Assembly: GCA_963678315.1 (NCBI GenBank)
Contig: OY782781.1
Coordinates: 1,536,001-1,600,000, forward strand
DNA: 64,000 nucleotides
Direction of reading: 5' to 3'
Origin: Candidatus Cloacimonadales bacterium
Lineage (GTDB): Bacteria; Cloacimonadota; Cloacimonadia; Cloacimonadales; JAFGVF01
The notes under the pieces were generated by a model. That model made no database searches. It was not told the DNA's origin and saw nothing but the letters and a program-made list of their open reading frames with translations. Numbering within the stretch: the stretch's first letter is position 1; each line of letters begins with the position of its first letter. Made by a program: the position numbers and the translations under genes. Positions 37,401-47,864 of this stretch are shown here, piece after piece.

Positions 37401-37920
37401 CAGTTTGAATATTAATTTTTGGATAAAAGCGACTAATATCTTGTTTCAAAGCATAGCCTTCAGGAATAGCAATAGTTTTATTTTCAAGATTCCCCAAACC
37501 ATCAATATCATCTCTATTTGAAAGAGTGAAAATAACATTGTGAAGATCAATATAACCATCAGAGAAAGCTAAAAAATTCTCCCTTTCAGAAGTTCTTTTC
37601 ATAGTCATTGCTAAATCAAATTGTTCATGACTCTTTATTTTATCAAGTACTTGATTAAAGGTAAGATCACCGGTTGGGACAAATTGATAAGCTATACCAG
37701 TCATATCTAAAAAGTGTTTAATATAATCAACAGAAATCCCTTTAGCTTCGCCATTTTCCATAAATTCGTAAGGAGCCCAATTAGTAACTGCTATTCTAAC
37801 GACATGTTTCTTTAATAACCAATCTTCTTCAGTATTAGTTAAATTTATGTCTTGAACAGGTTTACTAAATAACGGTGTTAATAAAGCAAGAAGAACAAAG
37901 AATATTGTAACTTTTCTCAT
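34468..37920 (-). CDS. Hybrid sensor histidine kinase (SBP, PAS, GAF, HisKA, HATPase, REC)
   Basis: ANMSHEIRTP, NLLSNAFKFT, DTGIG, YGGTGLGL, ILMDLQMP. Confidence 0.95.
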   Translation of the reverse strand: MRKVTIFFVLLALLTPLFSKPVQDINLTNTEEDWLLKKHVVRIAVTNWAPYEFMENGEAKGISVDYIKHFLDMTGIAYQFVPTGDLTFNQVLDKIKSHEQFDLAMTMKRTSERENFLAFSDGYIDLHNVIFTLSNRDDIDGLGNLENKTIAIPEGYALKQDISRFYPKINIQTVEHENAVEQCFLHVKSGQVDAYVGDLVVGTHIINKLNLSGFKILGPTPFNCKNQRIAVRKDWPEIASIINKSLSATTEQNKQEILNNWIGIDFQYGLNIQDFVIIALVVILLFLTIIFVVFFWRRRVKHLSGAKDESDLKFKYMINNVPNPIALCDFDTLAYLDINHNFTKTLGYTEEEVIGNNFYELGLISDLEIFTDIKKLITSSSISSEVPVSIYTKQGNICQGKLYSRVFELNKQKYLLTTFTDLTDQVQINKELHNVIDFNRLIRDFTTDLIDINSKDVDNKFNSVLGKIGKVMQADRVYIYAYDFENHLSQTNYDWYSKKYSHLANTLSSIGLSKNESIVNALRNGETIIFSDFINEAPKSLLDKLQGRPVKSLVVVPIFRNNTPSGFIGASFFDVKKTITSKEINMLETFAPIYINITSKLIAENQLIKVNQQLTKKTKIAQEYARTSYEANKSKSEFIANMSHEIRTPINSMIGFTDIVLDTKLDTNQRQYISFANRSAKDLLQIVNDILDFSKIESGKFSLYYQDEHLLDFLEQILDNFQLTASKRNLDFYLDYNEIIPDTVEIDSLRLQQILTNLLSNAFKFTKKGSVKLDVNFQKIDSSHGKLTFKVIDTGIGIDATNTNRLFKAFSQADNTITRNYGGTGLGLIISKSLIEQMGGSISFTSQVDKGSTFSFDIPVNYKDFIEDKLDPAKQLKILILSKYYETHKYCEKYIKRANHSVIEYQENYDIINILKKQKPDVVLLDYIVHEPDCIKKISSIITLINDNYPRTKIILLYSSHNESQLLSDFKDYKIHLFRKPIKPRKLISTIRSGQDDNDEINSIKLSNESNSKSSYKTLSQSEHCILVVDDNKLNRKLIGKVIKKVLPNARIDIAINGNEAVEKALNMQFDLILMDLQMPVLDGLSASKMIIAKMNRKNPPIVALTANASEKDKKNCLDIGMVDFLAKPLSMQEVNRIIKEQLLNESNPL

Positions 37921-38153
37921 TATTAACCTCCTTTTAAAATAATAGTACTAACTATATCATCATAAACAAAATTGTCTATATATTTATTTAGCAATATGCT
38001 AGAATTTGAAGAGCTGAAATATAATTGGTTAAGAAGTATCAACACATCGAGAGCTTTGAAAATAAAGTATTATTGAATGGTGGATATTTAATTTGACATA
38101 TATTATTACATTATATATATAGGAAGTTCTAATACTATTAAATAGGAGACGAT

Positions 38154-38453
38154 ATGCAAAATCAAAAAAAGATTAATTTGAAGTTAGATGAGAAAGTAGG
38201 GGAAGGAGTGTATTCAAATCTTGTGGTTATCTCACATAATCAATCAGAATTTATTATAGATTTTGGTAGATTATTACCAGGCTTGCAGGATGCTAAGATT
38301 ATGAGTAGAATTATTCAAACACCTCAGCATGCTAAACAATTGCTTAAAACACTTGAAACCAACATTAAGAATTATGAGAAGCAACATGGGGAGATTAAGA
38401 CTACTAATAATCAGTCAGATAATAAATCTATAGGATTTACTAATAAGCAGTAA
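38154..38453 (+). CDS. DUF3467-family protein
   Basis: EGVYSNLVVISHNQSEFIIDF..SRIIQTPQHAK. Confidence 0.88.
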   Translation: MQNQKKINLKLDEKVGEGVYSNLVVISHNQSEFIIDFGRLLPGLQDAKIMSRIIQTPQHAKQLLKTLETNIKNYEKQHGEIKTTNNQSDNKSIGFTNKQ

Positions 38454-38480
38454 TCAATGAACACCTAAAAAGGATCAAAA

Positions 38481-39524
38481 ATGGGTTATAAGACGAAAGC
38501 AATAGTTATTTCAGTTATGTTTTTATCATTGCTAGTTGGAATATACTTCTTTTATAAAGCCAACAACAAGGAATCAATCTCGATCAATTCTACCAAACAC
38601 GTTAAAGAATTGCAGGAAGGTATACAGTATGTTCTTGAAATTGATTCCTCTAACTTAAAAGAACACAATATAGAAGAGGCTCGGGAAAATATTATAAAAG
38701 TGATTGAAAAGAGGTTAATATCAACGAAAATTGAAAGCTACAATATATTCAAAGTTTCTAACAATAGGATAACCTTACAAGTTCCTTATATGAATGACTC
38801 TGGAAGATTGATTGAATTGGTAGCTATAAGGGGTAATCTTGAATTCAAACTTGTTGAAACAACTCTTAACAGAGATAGAACTATCAATGCAATTGATAAG
38901 TATTTTGTTAAAAACAACCTTGAAGATATCAAAAGTATAGCTGAAGAGAACAATCTTCCTGAAATGGAAGCTTACCAAAAAGTTAAGCCATTCTCTGAGT
39001 TTATTGTAGAAAATGGGTTAATAAGACCAGCATATATTAATTATATGCAACCATACTTTGATTCACTATTTGTATCCAGGAAAATTGTAAGAAGTGATGC
39101 TCAAATTGCTTTGCAAAAGGTTGATAATGAGACAAGAGAAAACAAAGGACTCCCTTTTATTGTATTAAACTCTAATGTAGAATTAGATGGAAGAGACATC
39201 AGTGATGCAAGTTGGAGCTATAGTAACAATAGTTCTGAGCTAAAACGTAACCCAACCCGTGAAATCAACCTTAGTTTTGACAAAGAAGGTGCTGCAATAT
39301 TCTCAAAAGTTACTGGAGATAATGTTGGTAGACAACTTGCTATCATGTTAGATAATTTAGTTTATTCAGCTCCAAGAATTAATGGTAAGATTTCTGGTGG
39401 AAGAGCTCAGATTACTGGTTATTTCACTATTGAAGAGGCAAGAGACCTTGCAAATATTCTTAATAGTGGTGCTTTATCAGCTCCAATAAGACTAATCTCG
39501 AATGAACATTTTTCTAATAAATAG
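38481..39524 (+). CDS. Truncated SecD paralogue (TM1 plus periplasmic P1 only)
   Basis: High similarity to the P1 region of 39673..41238; ends at GALSAPIRLISNEHFSNK*. Confidence 0.85.
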   Translation: MGYKTKAIVISVMFLSLLVGIYFFYKANNKESISINSTKHVKELQEGIQYVLEIDSSNLKEHNIEEARENIIKVIEKRLISTKIESYNIFKVSNNRITLQVPYMNDSGRLIELVAIRGNLEFKLVETTLNRDRTINAIDKYFVKNNLEDIKSIAEENNLPEMEAYQKVKPFSEFIVENGLIRPAYINYMQPYFDSLFVSRKIVRSDAQIALQKVDNETRENKGLPFIVLNSNVELDGRDISDASWSYSNNSSELKRNPTREINLSFDKEGAAIFSKVTGDNVGRQLAIMLDNLVYSAPRINGKISGGRAQITGYFTIEEARDLANILNSGALSAPIRLISNEHFSNK

Positions 39525-39672
39525 AAAATGATTGACATATAGTGCATTTAATTCAAAATTAATTTTCTTGACTGATTGAATGCTAAATAAGATATTGTAT
39601 TAATTTCCAATGATAAAAGGATTTTAGTAAAAAAATATTATAAATTTTTAATAATACATGAGGGAGTTATCG

Positions 39673-41238
39673 ATGAGAAATTCAACATTTAACAGAGTTC
39701 TAATAGCTGTGTTTTTGATTGTTACCGCATACTTTATGTATGTGATGTTCGATAATGAATCACCTGTAAATTTCGCTAATAAGAAATTAAATTTAGGTCT
39801 AGACCTTGCTGGTGGTTCATATTTTGTTCTAGAAGTAGACACTTCAGACCTTAAGGACAAAGATAGCAATGGAATCCAATCAGCATTAGATTCAAACATT
39901 GAAGTTATTCGAAATCGTGTGGACAAATTTGGTTTAACTGAACCAGTTATCCAACAAAAAGGTGAAAAACAAATTATTGTTCAATTACCTGGTATGAAAG
40001 ATGCAACAAGAGCAAAAGAACTTTTAGGTAGTACAGCTATTCTTGAGTTCAAACTTGTTGAATCATCTCTTAACAGAGACAGAACTATCAAAGCAATTGA
40101 TAAGTATTTTGCAGAACACAATCTTGAAGATATCAAGACTATTGCTGAAGAAATGAATCTTCCTGCAATGGTTGAAAACCAAGAAAGCAAACCATTCTCA
40201 ACATTTATAGTTGAAAATGGATTAATTAGACCTGCTTACATTAATTACATGCAACCATACTTTGATTCTTTATTTGTTACTAAGAAGATAGTTAAAAAAG
40301 ACTATCAAATTGCTTTACAAAAAGTTGATAAAGAAACAAGAGAAACTAAAGGTCTTCCTTATGTAGTTTTAAATTCTAATGCAGAATTAGAAGGTGGAAG
40401 TTTAAGTGATGCAAGCTGGGGCTATAACAATAATAGTTCTGAATTAAAAAGTAGCACAAGTCCTGAAATCAATCTAAGCTTTGATAGAGAAGGTGCTGCA
40501 ACATTCTCAAAAGTAACAGGTGATAATGTTGGTAAACAATTAGCTATCATGTTAGATAATGTTGTTTATTCTGCTCCTAGAATTAATGGTAAGATTAGCG
40601 GTGGTAGAGCTCAGATTACTGGTTCTTTCACAGTTGAAGAAGCAAAAGACCTTGTAAACATTCTTAATAATGGTGCTTTAAAAGCTCCTCTTAAGATTGC
40701 TCAAGAATCTACAGTTGGTCCTTCATTAGGTAAAGATAGTATAGAAACTGGTAAATTTGCTGCAATTATTGGCTTGATTGCTGTTTTTGTATTCATGTTG
40801 ATTTACTACAAAGTTTCAGGTATTTATGCAAATATAGCACTTTTGTTCAATATTTGTTTTATCTTAGCAATGCTAACTATGTTTGGCGCAGCTTTAACAA
40901 TGCCTGGTATTGCTGGTATCATTCTTACAATTGGTATGGCAGTTGACGCTAACGTTCTTATATTCGAAAGAATTAAAGAAGAACTTAAAGTTGGAAAATC
41001 TGTTGGTTCAGCAATTGAGTCTGGATTTAACAGAGCTGTAATTACAATTGCTGATGCTAATATCACTACTCTTATTGCTGCTGCTGTTCTATATAACTTC
41101 GGTAGTGGTGCTATTAGAGGTTTTGCAGTTACTTTAATGATTGGTATTATTGGTTCAATGTTCTCAGCAATTATTCTTGTTAAGACAATGTTCAATCAAT
41201 TTATTGTTAGCAAAAAGAAAACTAAGTTAAGCATCTAA
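39673..41238 (+). CDS. secD: Protein translocase subunit SecD
   Basis: LGLDLAGG, VGPSLG, GMAVDANVLIFERIKEE. Confidence 0.96.
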   Translation: MRNSTFNRVLIAVFLIVTAYFMYVMFDNESPVNFANKKLNLGLDLAGGSYFVLEVDTSDLKDKDSNGIQSALDSNIEVIRNRVDKFGLTEPVIQQKGEKQIIVQLPGMKDATRAKELLGSTAILEFKLVESSLNRDRTIKAIDKYFAEHNLEDIKTIAEEMNLPAMVENQESKPFSTFIVENGLIRPAYINYMQPYFDSLFVTKKIVKKDYQIALQKVDKETRETKGLPYVVLNSNAELEGGSLSDASWGYNNNSSELKSSTSPEINLSFDREGAATFSKVTGDNVGKQLAIMLDNVVYSAPRINGKISGGRAQITGSFTVEEAKDLVNILNNGALKAPLKIAQESTVGPSLGKDSIETGKFAAIIGLIAVFVFMLIYYKVSGIYANIALLFNICFILAMLTMFGAALTMPGIAGIILTIGMAVDANVLIFERIKEELKVGKSVGSAIESGFNRAVITIADANITTLIAAAVLYNFGSGAIRGFAVTLMIGIIGSMFSAIILVKTMFNQFIVSKKKTKLSI

Positions 41239-41250
41239 GAGGTAATAGTA

Positions 41251-42300
41251 ATGAAAAATTTTAAATTTATATATAATCGTAAGATAACTTATGTTATTTC
41301 AACAATATTAGTACTAACAAGTATTATTGCCTTAGTTGTAAAAGGTCCTAACTGGAGTATTGACTTTACTGGTGGACAACAAATCATGGTTAAAATTGAC
41401 CCTACTACAGAAGGTCAAGCAAAGATTGATGTTGAAACAGTAAGACAAGCTTTGGAGAAAGAAGGTCTAAGTGAAGCAAACATTCAAGAGCTTTCATATA
41501 AACTAACTTCTGGTGATGAAGATGGAACTTCTTCAGAGAATTCAGCTATGTTTGTAATTAAAACAACTGAAGATGAAGAAGCTGTTGCTGAAGAAGCTAC
41601 TGAAGCTGGTGAAAAGAAAGTTGAAAAGACTGAGATTAAAGCTCAAAGTTCATTAGAAAGTTCAAATATTATTACAGCTATCCAAAAGAATATCCCTAAT
41701 TATAAGGTAGATATGGATGGTTCAAATATTGAAATTGTTAAGAGTTCAATCGGTAAAGAACTAAAAGATAAAGCTTGGAAATCAGTGTTGATTTCATTAT
41801 TATTGATGGTTCTTTATATTGGTATCAGATTCCAATTTAACTTTGGTATTGCTGCTATTATTGCTCTTTTCCATGATGTTACAATTACACTTGGTGTATT
41901 CTGTATTCTTGGTTTAGATGTATCAGCTGCAATCATTGCTGCTCTTCTTTCTATAGTTGGTTACTCAATCAATGATACTATTGTGGTATTTGATAGAATT
42001 AGAGAAGATTTAAGAAAGAGAAAAGCTGACCAAGATTTAGATTCTGTATTTAATACATCTATTAACAGAACTTTAAGTCGTACAATTATCACATCATGTA
42101 CTACATTGTTAGCAGCAGTTGCATTATATGTATTTGCTGGTATCGTAATCAGAGATTTTGCATTTGCAATAATCATTGGTACTTTGATTGGTACTTATTC
42201 TTCAATCTTTGTGGCTAGTCCACTAGTTCTTGATTATTTCCATTCACAAAAAAATGATTCTCATGTTTTCAGTAGAATCATGAACAGAAAAAAGAAATAA
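41251..42300 (+). CDS. secF: Protein translocase subunit SecF
   Basis: SIDFTGG, HDV, GYSINDTIVVFDRIRE. Confidence 0.96.
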   Translation: MKNFKFIYNRKITYVISTILVLTSIIALVVKGPNWSIDFTGGQQIMVKIDPTTEGQAKIDVETVRQALEKEGLSEANIQELSYKLTSGDEDGTSSENSAMFVIKTTEDEEAVAEEATEAGEKKVEKTEIKAQSSLESSNIITAIQKNIPNYKVDMDGSNIEIVKSSIGKELKDKAWKSVLISLLLMVLYIGIRFQFNFGIAAIIALFHDVTITLGVFCILGLDVSAAIIAALLSIVGYSINDTIVVFDRIREDLRKRKADQDLDSVFNTSINRTLSRTIITSCTTLLAAVALYVFAGIVIRDFAFAIIIGTLIGTYSSIFVASPLVLDYFHSQKNDSHVFSRIMNRKKK

Positions 42301-42335
42301 TAGAATGTAATATAGTTTAAGTGATTTTCACTTAG

Positions 42336-42368
42336 GAGTGTAGTTTTTATAACTACACTCTTTTTTTA
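42336..42368 (+). terminator. Intrinsic terminator after secF
   Basis: gagtgtagtt-tttat-aactacactc followed by T-run. Confidence 0.8.
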
Positions 42369-42444
42369 TGTATAAATATTTATCTGATTTTTATTGACTT
42401 ATTCTGCTTGGTTAAAAAATGAGAAAAAAACTTCTGGAGAATAA

Positions 42445-43656
42445 ATGGAATCTATAAAAACGCTTTATAAAATTGGCTATGGACCTTCAAGTAGTCATAC
42501 AATGGGACCAAGTAGTGCATCACTAAAATTTGTGCTAAAAAATAAAAGTGCTTACAAAATTAGAGTTACCTTGTATGGTAGTTTGGCAGCTACAGGGAAG
42601 GGGCATTTAACAGATAAAGCTATTATTGAGACTATTGGAAATAAAGAATATGAGATTATTTGGAAGCCAGAAGTCTTCTTGGATTATCATCCCAACGGCA
42701 TGAAGTTGGAATCATTAGATGAAAGTAATAATCTGATAAATGAAGAGGTAGTTTATAGTGTAGGTGGCGGGGCAGTAGTCTATGAGAATCAAGATGTTGT
42801 TCCAACTAGTAGTTATAAATTCAATCAGATGGAACAAATTATATCTTACTGTCAAAGTTCTGGAAAAACATATTGGGAATATGTATTTGAGAATGAAGAT
42901 GAATCTCTTGCCAGCTACTTAAAAGTTGTTTGGAAGACCATGCAGGATGCAGTTGAAAGAGGTCTTATCGAAGAGGGTGTTCTTCCTGGTGGACTAGGTG
43001 TATCAAGAAAAGCTTACCAATATCATAAGAAAGTTCAGTTTGTAACTCATAATCATAAAAGATCAGGATTCTTGTATTCCTATGCTTTAGCTGTTGCTGA
43101 GGAAAATGCTAGTGCTGGTAAGGTTGTTACTGCTCCAACATGTGGTTCATCAGGAGTTTTACCTGCTGTCCTATATTTCCTTAAAAATGATATGAAGTTA
43201 AGAGAAATTGAGATAATCAGAGCTTTAGCAACAGCTGGCTTGATAGGTAATTTAGTAAGACATAATGCTTCGATATCCGGAGCAGAGGTGGGATGTCAAG
43301 GTGAAATAGGTGTAGCTTGTGCAATGGCTTCAGCAGCTGCCACACAGTTAATGGGAGGAACTATTAGGCAGATAGAATATGCTGCTGAGATAGGTTTAGA
43401 ACATAATTTAGGGTTAACATGTGATCCAATCTGTGGCTTAGTACAAATCCCATGTATTGAAAGAAATGCTTTTGCTGCCCGTTCAGCTATGTCTGCTAGT
43501 GATTATGCCTTATTCTCAGATGGAACTCACTTTGTTAAATTTGATGAAGTAGTTCGAGTAATGAAAAAGACAGGCCACGATATTCCTTCTTTATATAAAG
43601 AAACATCTATTGGAGGACTTGCTTTAGAATATCAGAACCGACAAATGAAGGTTTAA
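42445..43656 (+). CDS. sdaA: Fe-S L-serine dehydratase, single chain
   Basis: GPSSSHT, TAPTCGSSG, GAEVGCQGE, GLTCDP, PCIERN. Confidence 0.93.
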   Translation: MESIKTLYKIGYGPSSSHTMGPSSASLKFVLKNKSAYKIRVTLYGSLAATGKGHLTDKAIIETIGNKEYEIIWKPEVFLDYHPNGMKLESLDESNNLINEEVVYSVGGGAVVYENQDVVPTSSYKFNQMEQIISYCQSSGKTYWEYVFENEDESLASYLKVVWKTMQDAVERGLIEEGVLPGGLGVSRKAYQYHKKVQFVTHNHKRSGFLYSYALAVAEENASAGKVVTAPTCGSSGVLPAVLYFLKNDMKLREIEIIRALATAGLIGNLVRHNASISGAEVGCQGEIGVACAMASAAATQLMGGTIRQIEYAAEIGLEHNLGLTCDPICGLVQIPCIERNAFAARSAMSASDYALFSDGTHFVKFDEVVRVMKKTGHDIPSLYKETSIGGLALEYQNRQMKV

Positions 43657-43676
43657 ACATTTATTAAAGATAATAA

Positions 43677-43707
43677 AAAGAGCTATCAGTTTTTGATAGC
43701 TCTTTTT
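43677..43707. terminator. Bidirectional terminator
   Basis: aaagagctatca...tgatagctcttttt between convergent genes. Confidence 0.8.
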
Positions 43708-43727
43708 ACATAGAAAGTTATAATTAT

Positions 43728-44597
43728 TTATATGGGCTTTTCTTGAAGCTCAAGCATCTGGGATGCTTTTACCATATTGTAGCCAATTTTATTTACCTCT
43801 TCAATGAAGTATTTTAAGTTATCTAGTCTTTCTTTAGAAGTGCAATGAGTGATAATTAAAATATCTTTTTCATACTTGTAGTATTTCTTCATTCTCTCGA
43901 TATACTTATCAACATTTGTAGCTGTAGGATTTGGTACATCCAAGAATATAGCCCTCTTAGCTGTAGGAACGCTCATTTGTTTTGCTAAGCTATAAGCAAC
44001 AGTTTGGGTGCTGGTTGCTGAATCTATAAAGAAGAGATCATTTGCATGGCACCAGTTTAGTACAGTTTCCATGGTAGTAGAATCGGCTGTTGCAAGACTT
44101 CCCATGTGATTGTTTATTCCTACTGCTTTCGACACTTGTTTATGAAAATCATTTAGTTTATTGATAATTGTTATCTCATCATCACTAGGGCGGATGTATT
44201 CTTTACCTGGATTAACTGATTTATTAGTCGGTTCCATGGGTACATGAATAATGACATCGTGTGAGTAATCTATAGCTAGATCCATCACCCTTTCTGTATA
44301 AGCTAAATTTGGTAATACAGCGAAAGTGACTTCCTCAGGTAATTGGCAAAATTGGATCAATAGAGAGTCTTTCACTTTTTCATTGTAGTTTCCAAAATCA
44401 TCAATTACGATAGAAAACTTTGGAGAAGAATCAATAATATCTTGATCCGGACTTCTCTCAATTACTTGTATAGTTTCCATAGAAGCCAACAATGAATCTT
44501 TAGAAGTATCGTCATCTGTTTTCTTATTGTCGTTTTTACAAGCTTGCATTGTAAGTACTAGTAATATTAGTAAAATTACTTTTATAGCTTTTTCCAT
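43728..44597 (-). CDS. Divergent polysaccharide deacetylase (YibQ-like) lipoprotein
   Basis: IVIDDFG, HVPMEP, GINNHMGS, FIDS; lipobox-like MQAC. Confidence 0.88.
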   Translation of the reverse strand: MEKAIKVILLILLVLTMQACKNDNKKTDDDTSKDSLLASMETIQVIERSPDQDIIDSSPKFSIVIDDFGNYNEKVKDSLLIQFCQLPEEVTFAVLPNLAYTERVMDLAIDYSHDVIIHVPMEPTNKSVNPGKEYIRPSDDEITIINKLNDFHKQVSKAVGINNHMGSLATADSTTMETVLNWCHANDLFFIDSATSTQTVAYSLAKQMSVPTAKRAIFLDVPNPTATNVDKYIERMKKYYKYEKDILIITHCTSKERLDNLKYFIEEVNKIGYNMVKASQMLELQEKPI

Positions 44598-45079
44598 GAA
44601 ATTCTATCTCCAATTTTTATATTATATTTATCGCAAAATCCTGCATTAACTTCAAGAGTGTATTTACTGTATTCTTCACTGAATATATTTTCTTCAGAAT
44701 AAGGTTCAGCATATTCATATTTATCTAATATCTGACCTTCTTCACTAATAAAGATTAAATCTAATGAGATATGGGTATTCTTCATCCAGAAACTCATTGG
44801 TCTAATATCTTCATAGATAAAAAGCATTCCTGCCTTCCAGTTCATCTCTTTCCTATACATGAGCCCTTGCATCATTTCTTCATTATTTTCGGCTAATTCA
44901 ATATCAATTACCAGTGAATCATGATCTGCAGTTGGTAAAAATATCAACTCTCCTTCTTTCTGAAAATCAATATTTTCACCCATAGGATCATCAATACTAT
45001 TGCTTGCACAAAAGTAGATTGTAACTGTAAGAACTAAGGTGATTAAGGCTAAATACTTTTTACTTATCAGTTTTAACAT
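44582..45079 (-). CDS. DUF192-family protein
   Basis: GLMYR, GMLF, FWMKNT..LDLIFI, LEVNAG. Confidence 0.9.
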   Translation of the reverse strand: MLKLISKKYLALITLVLTVTIYFCASNSIDDPMGENIDFQKEGELIFLPTADHDSLVIDIELAENNEEMMQGLMYRKEMNWKAGMLFIYEDIRPMSFWMKNTHISLDLIFISEEGQILDKYEYAEPYSEENIFSEEYSKYTLEVNAGFCDKYNIKIGDRISWKKL

Positions 45080-45257
45080 TTTCAACCTTTTGTGTATTCT
45101 TGCTAGAATTGACTTTGTCAAATAGTTGGTGATTTTCAAGATAATTAATAATAAAGAAAATTAAGATTATTCCAACAATATATAACATTATTTTTCCGTA
45201 GAAATTAGCTCTATTCTGTTTTTTCTTCATTTGTTTTAACTCATCTTTATAACTCAT
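45060..45257 (-). CDS. Small single-TM protein
   Basis: AAGGAG RBS, TM segment, overlaps next gene. Confidence 0.6.
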   Translation of the reverse strand: MSYKDELKQMKKKQNRANFYGKIMLYIVGIILIFFIINYLENHQLFDKVNSSKNTQKVENVKTDK

Positions 45258-45399
45258 TTTCAGCTCCTTAAAGATTTATGTTAGTATATGAAATTAGATT
45301 TAATACTTCAAATAAATTATATATTTACAAGTGCTATATCTGTCAATAAAAACCATAAACACAATGAATCCTGACTATATCTTCATGCATTCATTAATG

Positions 45400-45434
45400 G
45401 CCTCCTGCATTAAATCTACTTTCTATGCAGGTGG
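45400..45434. repeat. Dispersed palindromic REP-like element
   Basis: gcctcctgcattaaatc...tatgcaggtgg. Confidence 0.7.
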
Positions 45435-45917
45435 GGCAAGGGCACAACGGCATAGGAGTAAGTGTGGAGTGTAAAGGGAAAATGTAAGGGGGATTGCCTA
45501 CGTCTAGAAGGCTGTGAGCATCACTTCATAAATCATCAAAAAAAAGATCAACTTTTTAATTGATTTGTACAATTCATAATAGACTGAAAGGGCATGTGAA
45601 TGACAAGAAAATTAGCTAAAAAATAGTGTTGAAAAAAATGAACACAATTAAGACTAGAAATAGTCCTTATTTTTAGTAAAATCTGGTAGAAAATGCTATG
45701 ATTTTCTAGGAAAAAGATACTTAATAAAATTATGAACAAAAAAAGGCTCAAATGCCTAAAAATAAAGGCAAAAATGCCCAGAAATCTATTGACAAAAAAG
45801 GTAAAAAATATATGTTGAAACTAGGATTTGAGGTGAAAAATGAGTAATGAAATTAGCAGGAAAAATTGAATAAAAAACAGCATTAAGAATAATAAAATTT
45901 AAATAATGCAATTATAG

Positions 45918-47855
<1,938 letters not shown>

Positions 47856-47864
47856 GAGGTTATA

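Noticed and set aside
45483..45494. TGTAAGGGGGG resembling the inverted prophage terminus
   Set aside because: Not followed by the terminal-repeat motif; low complexity, likely chance
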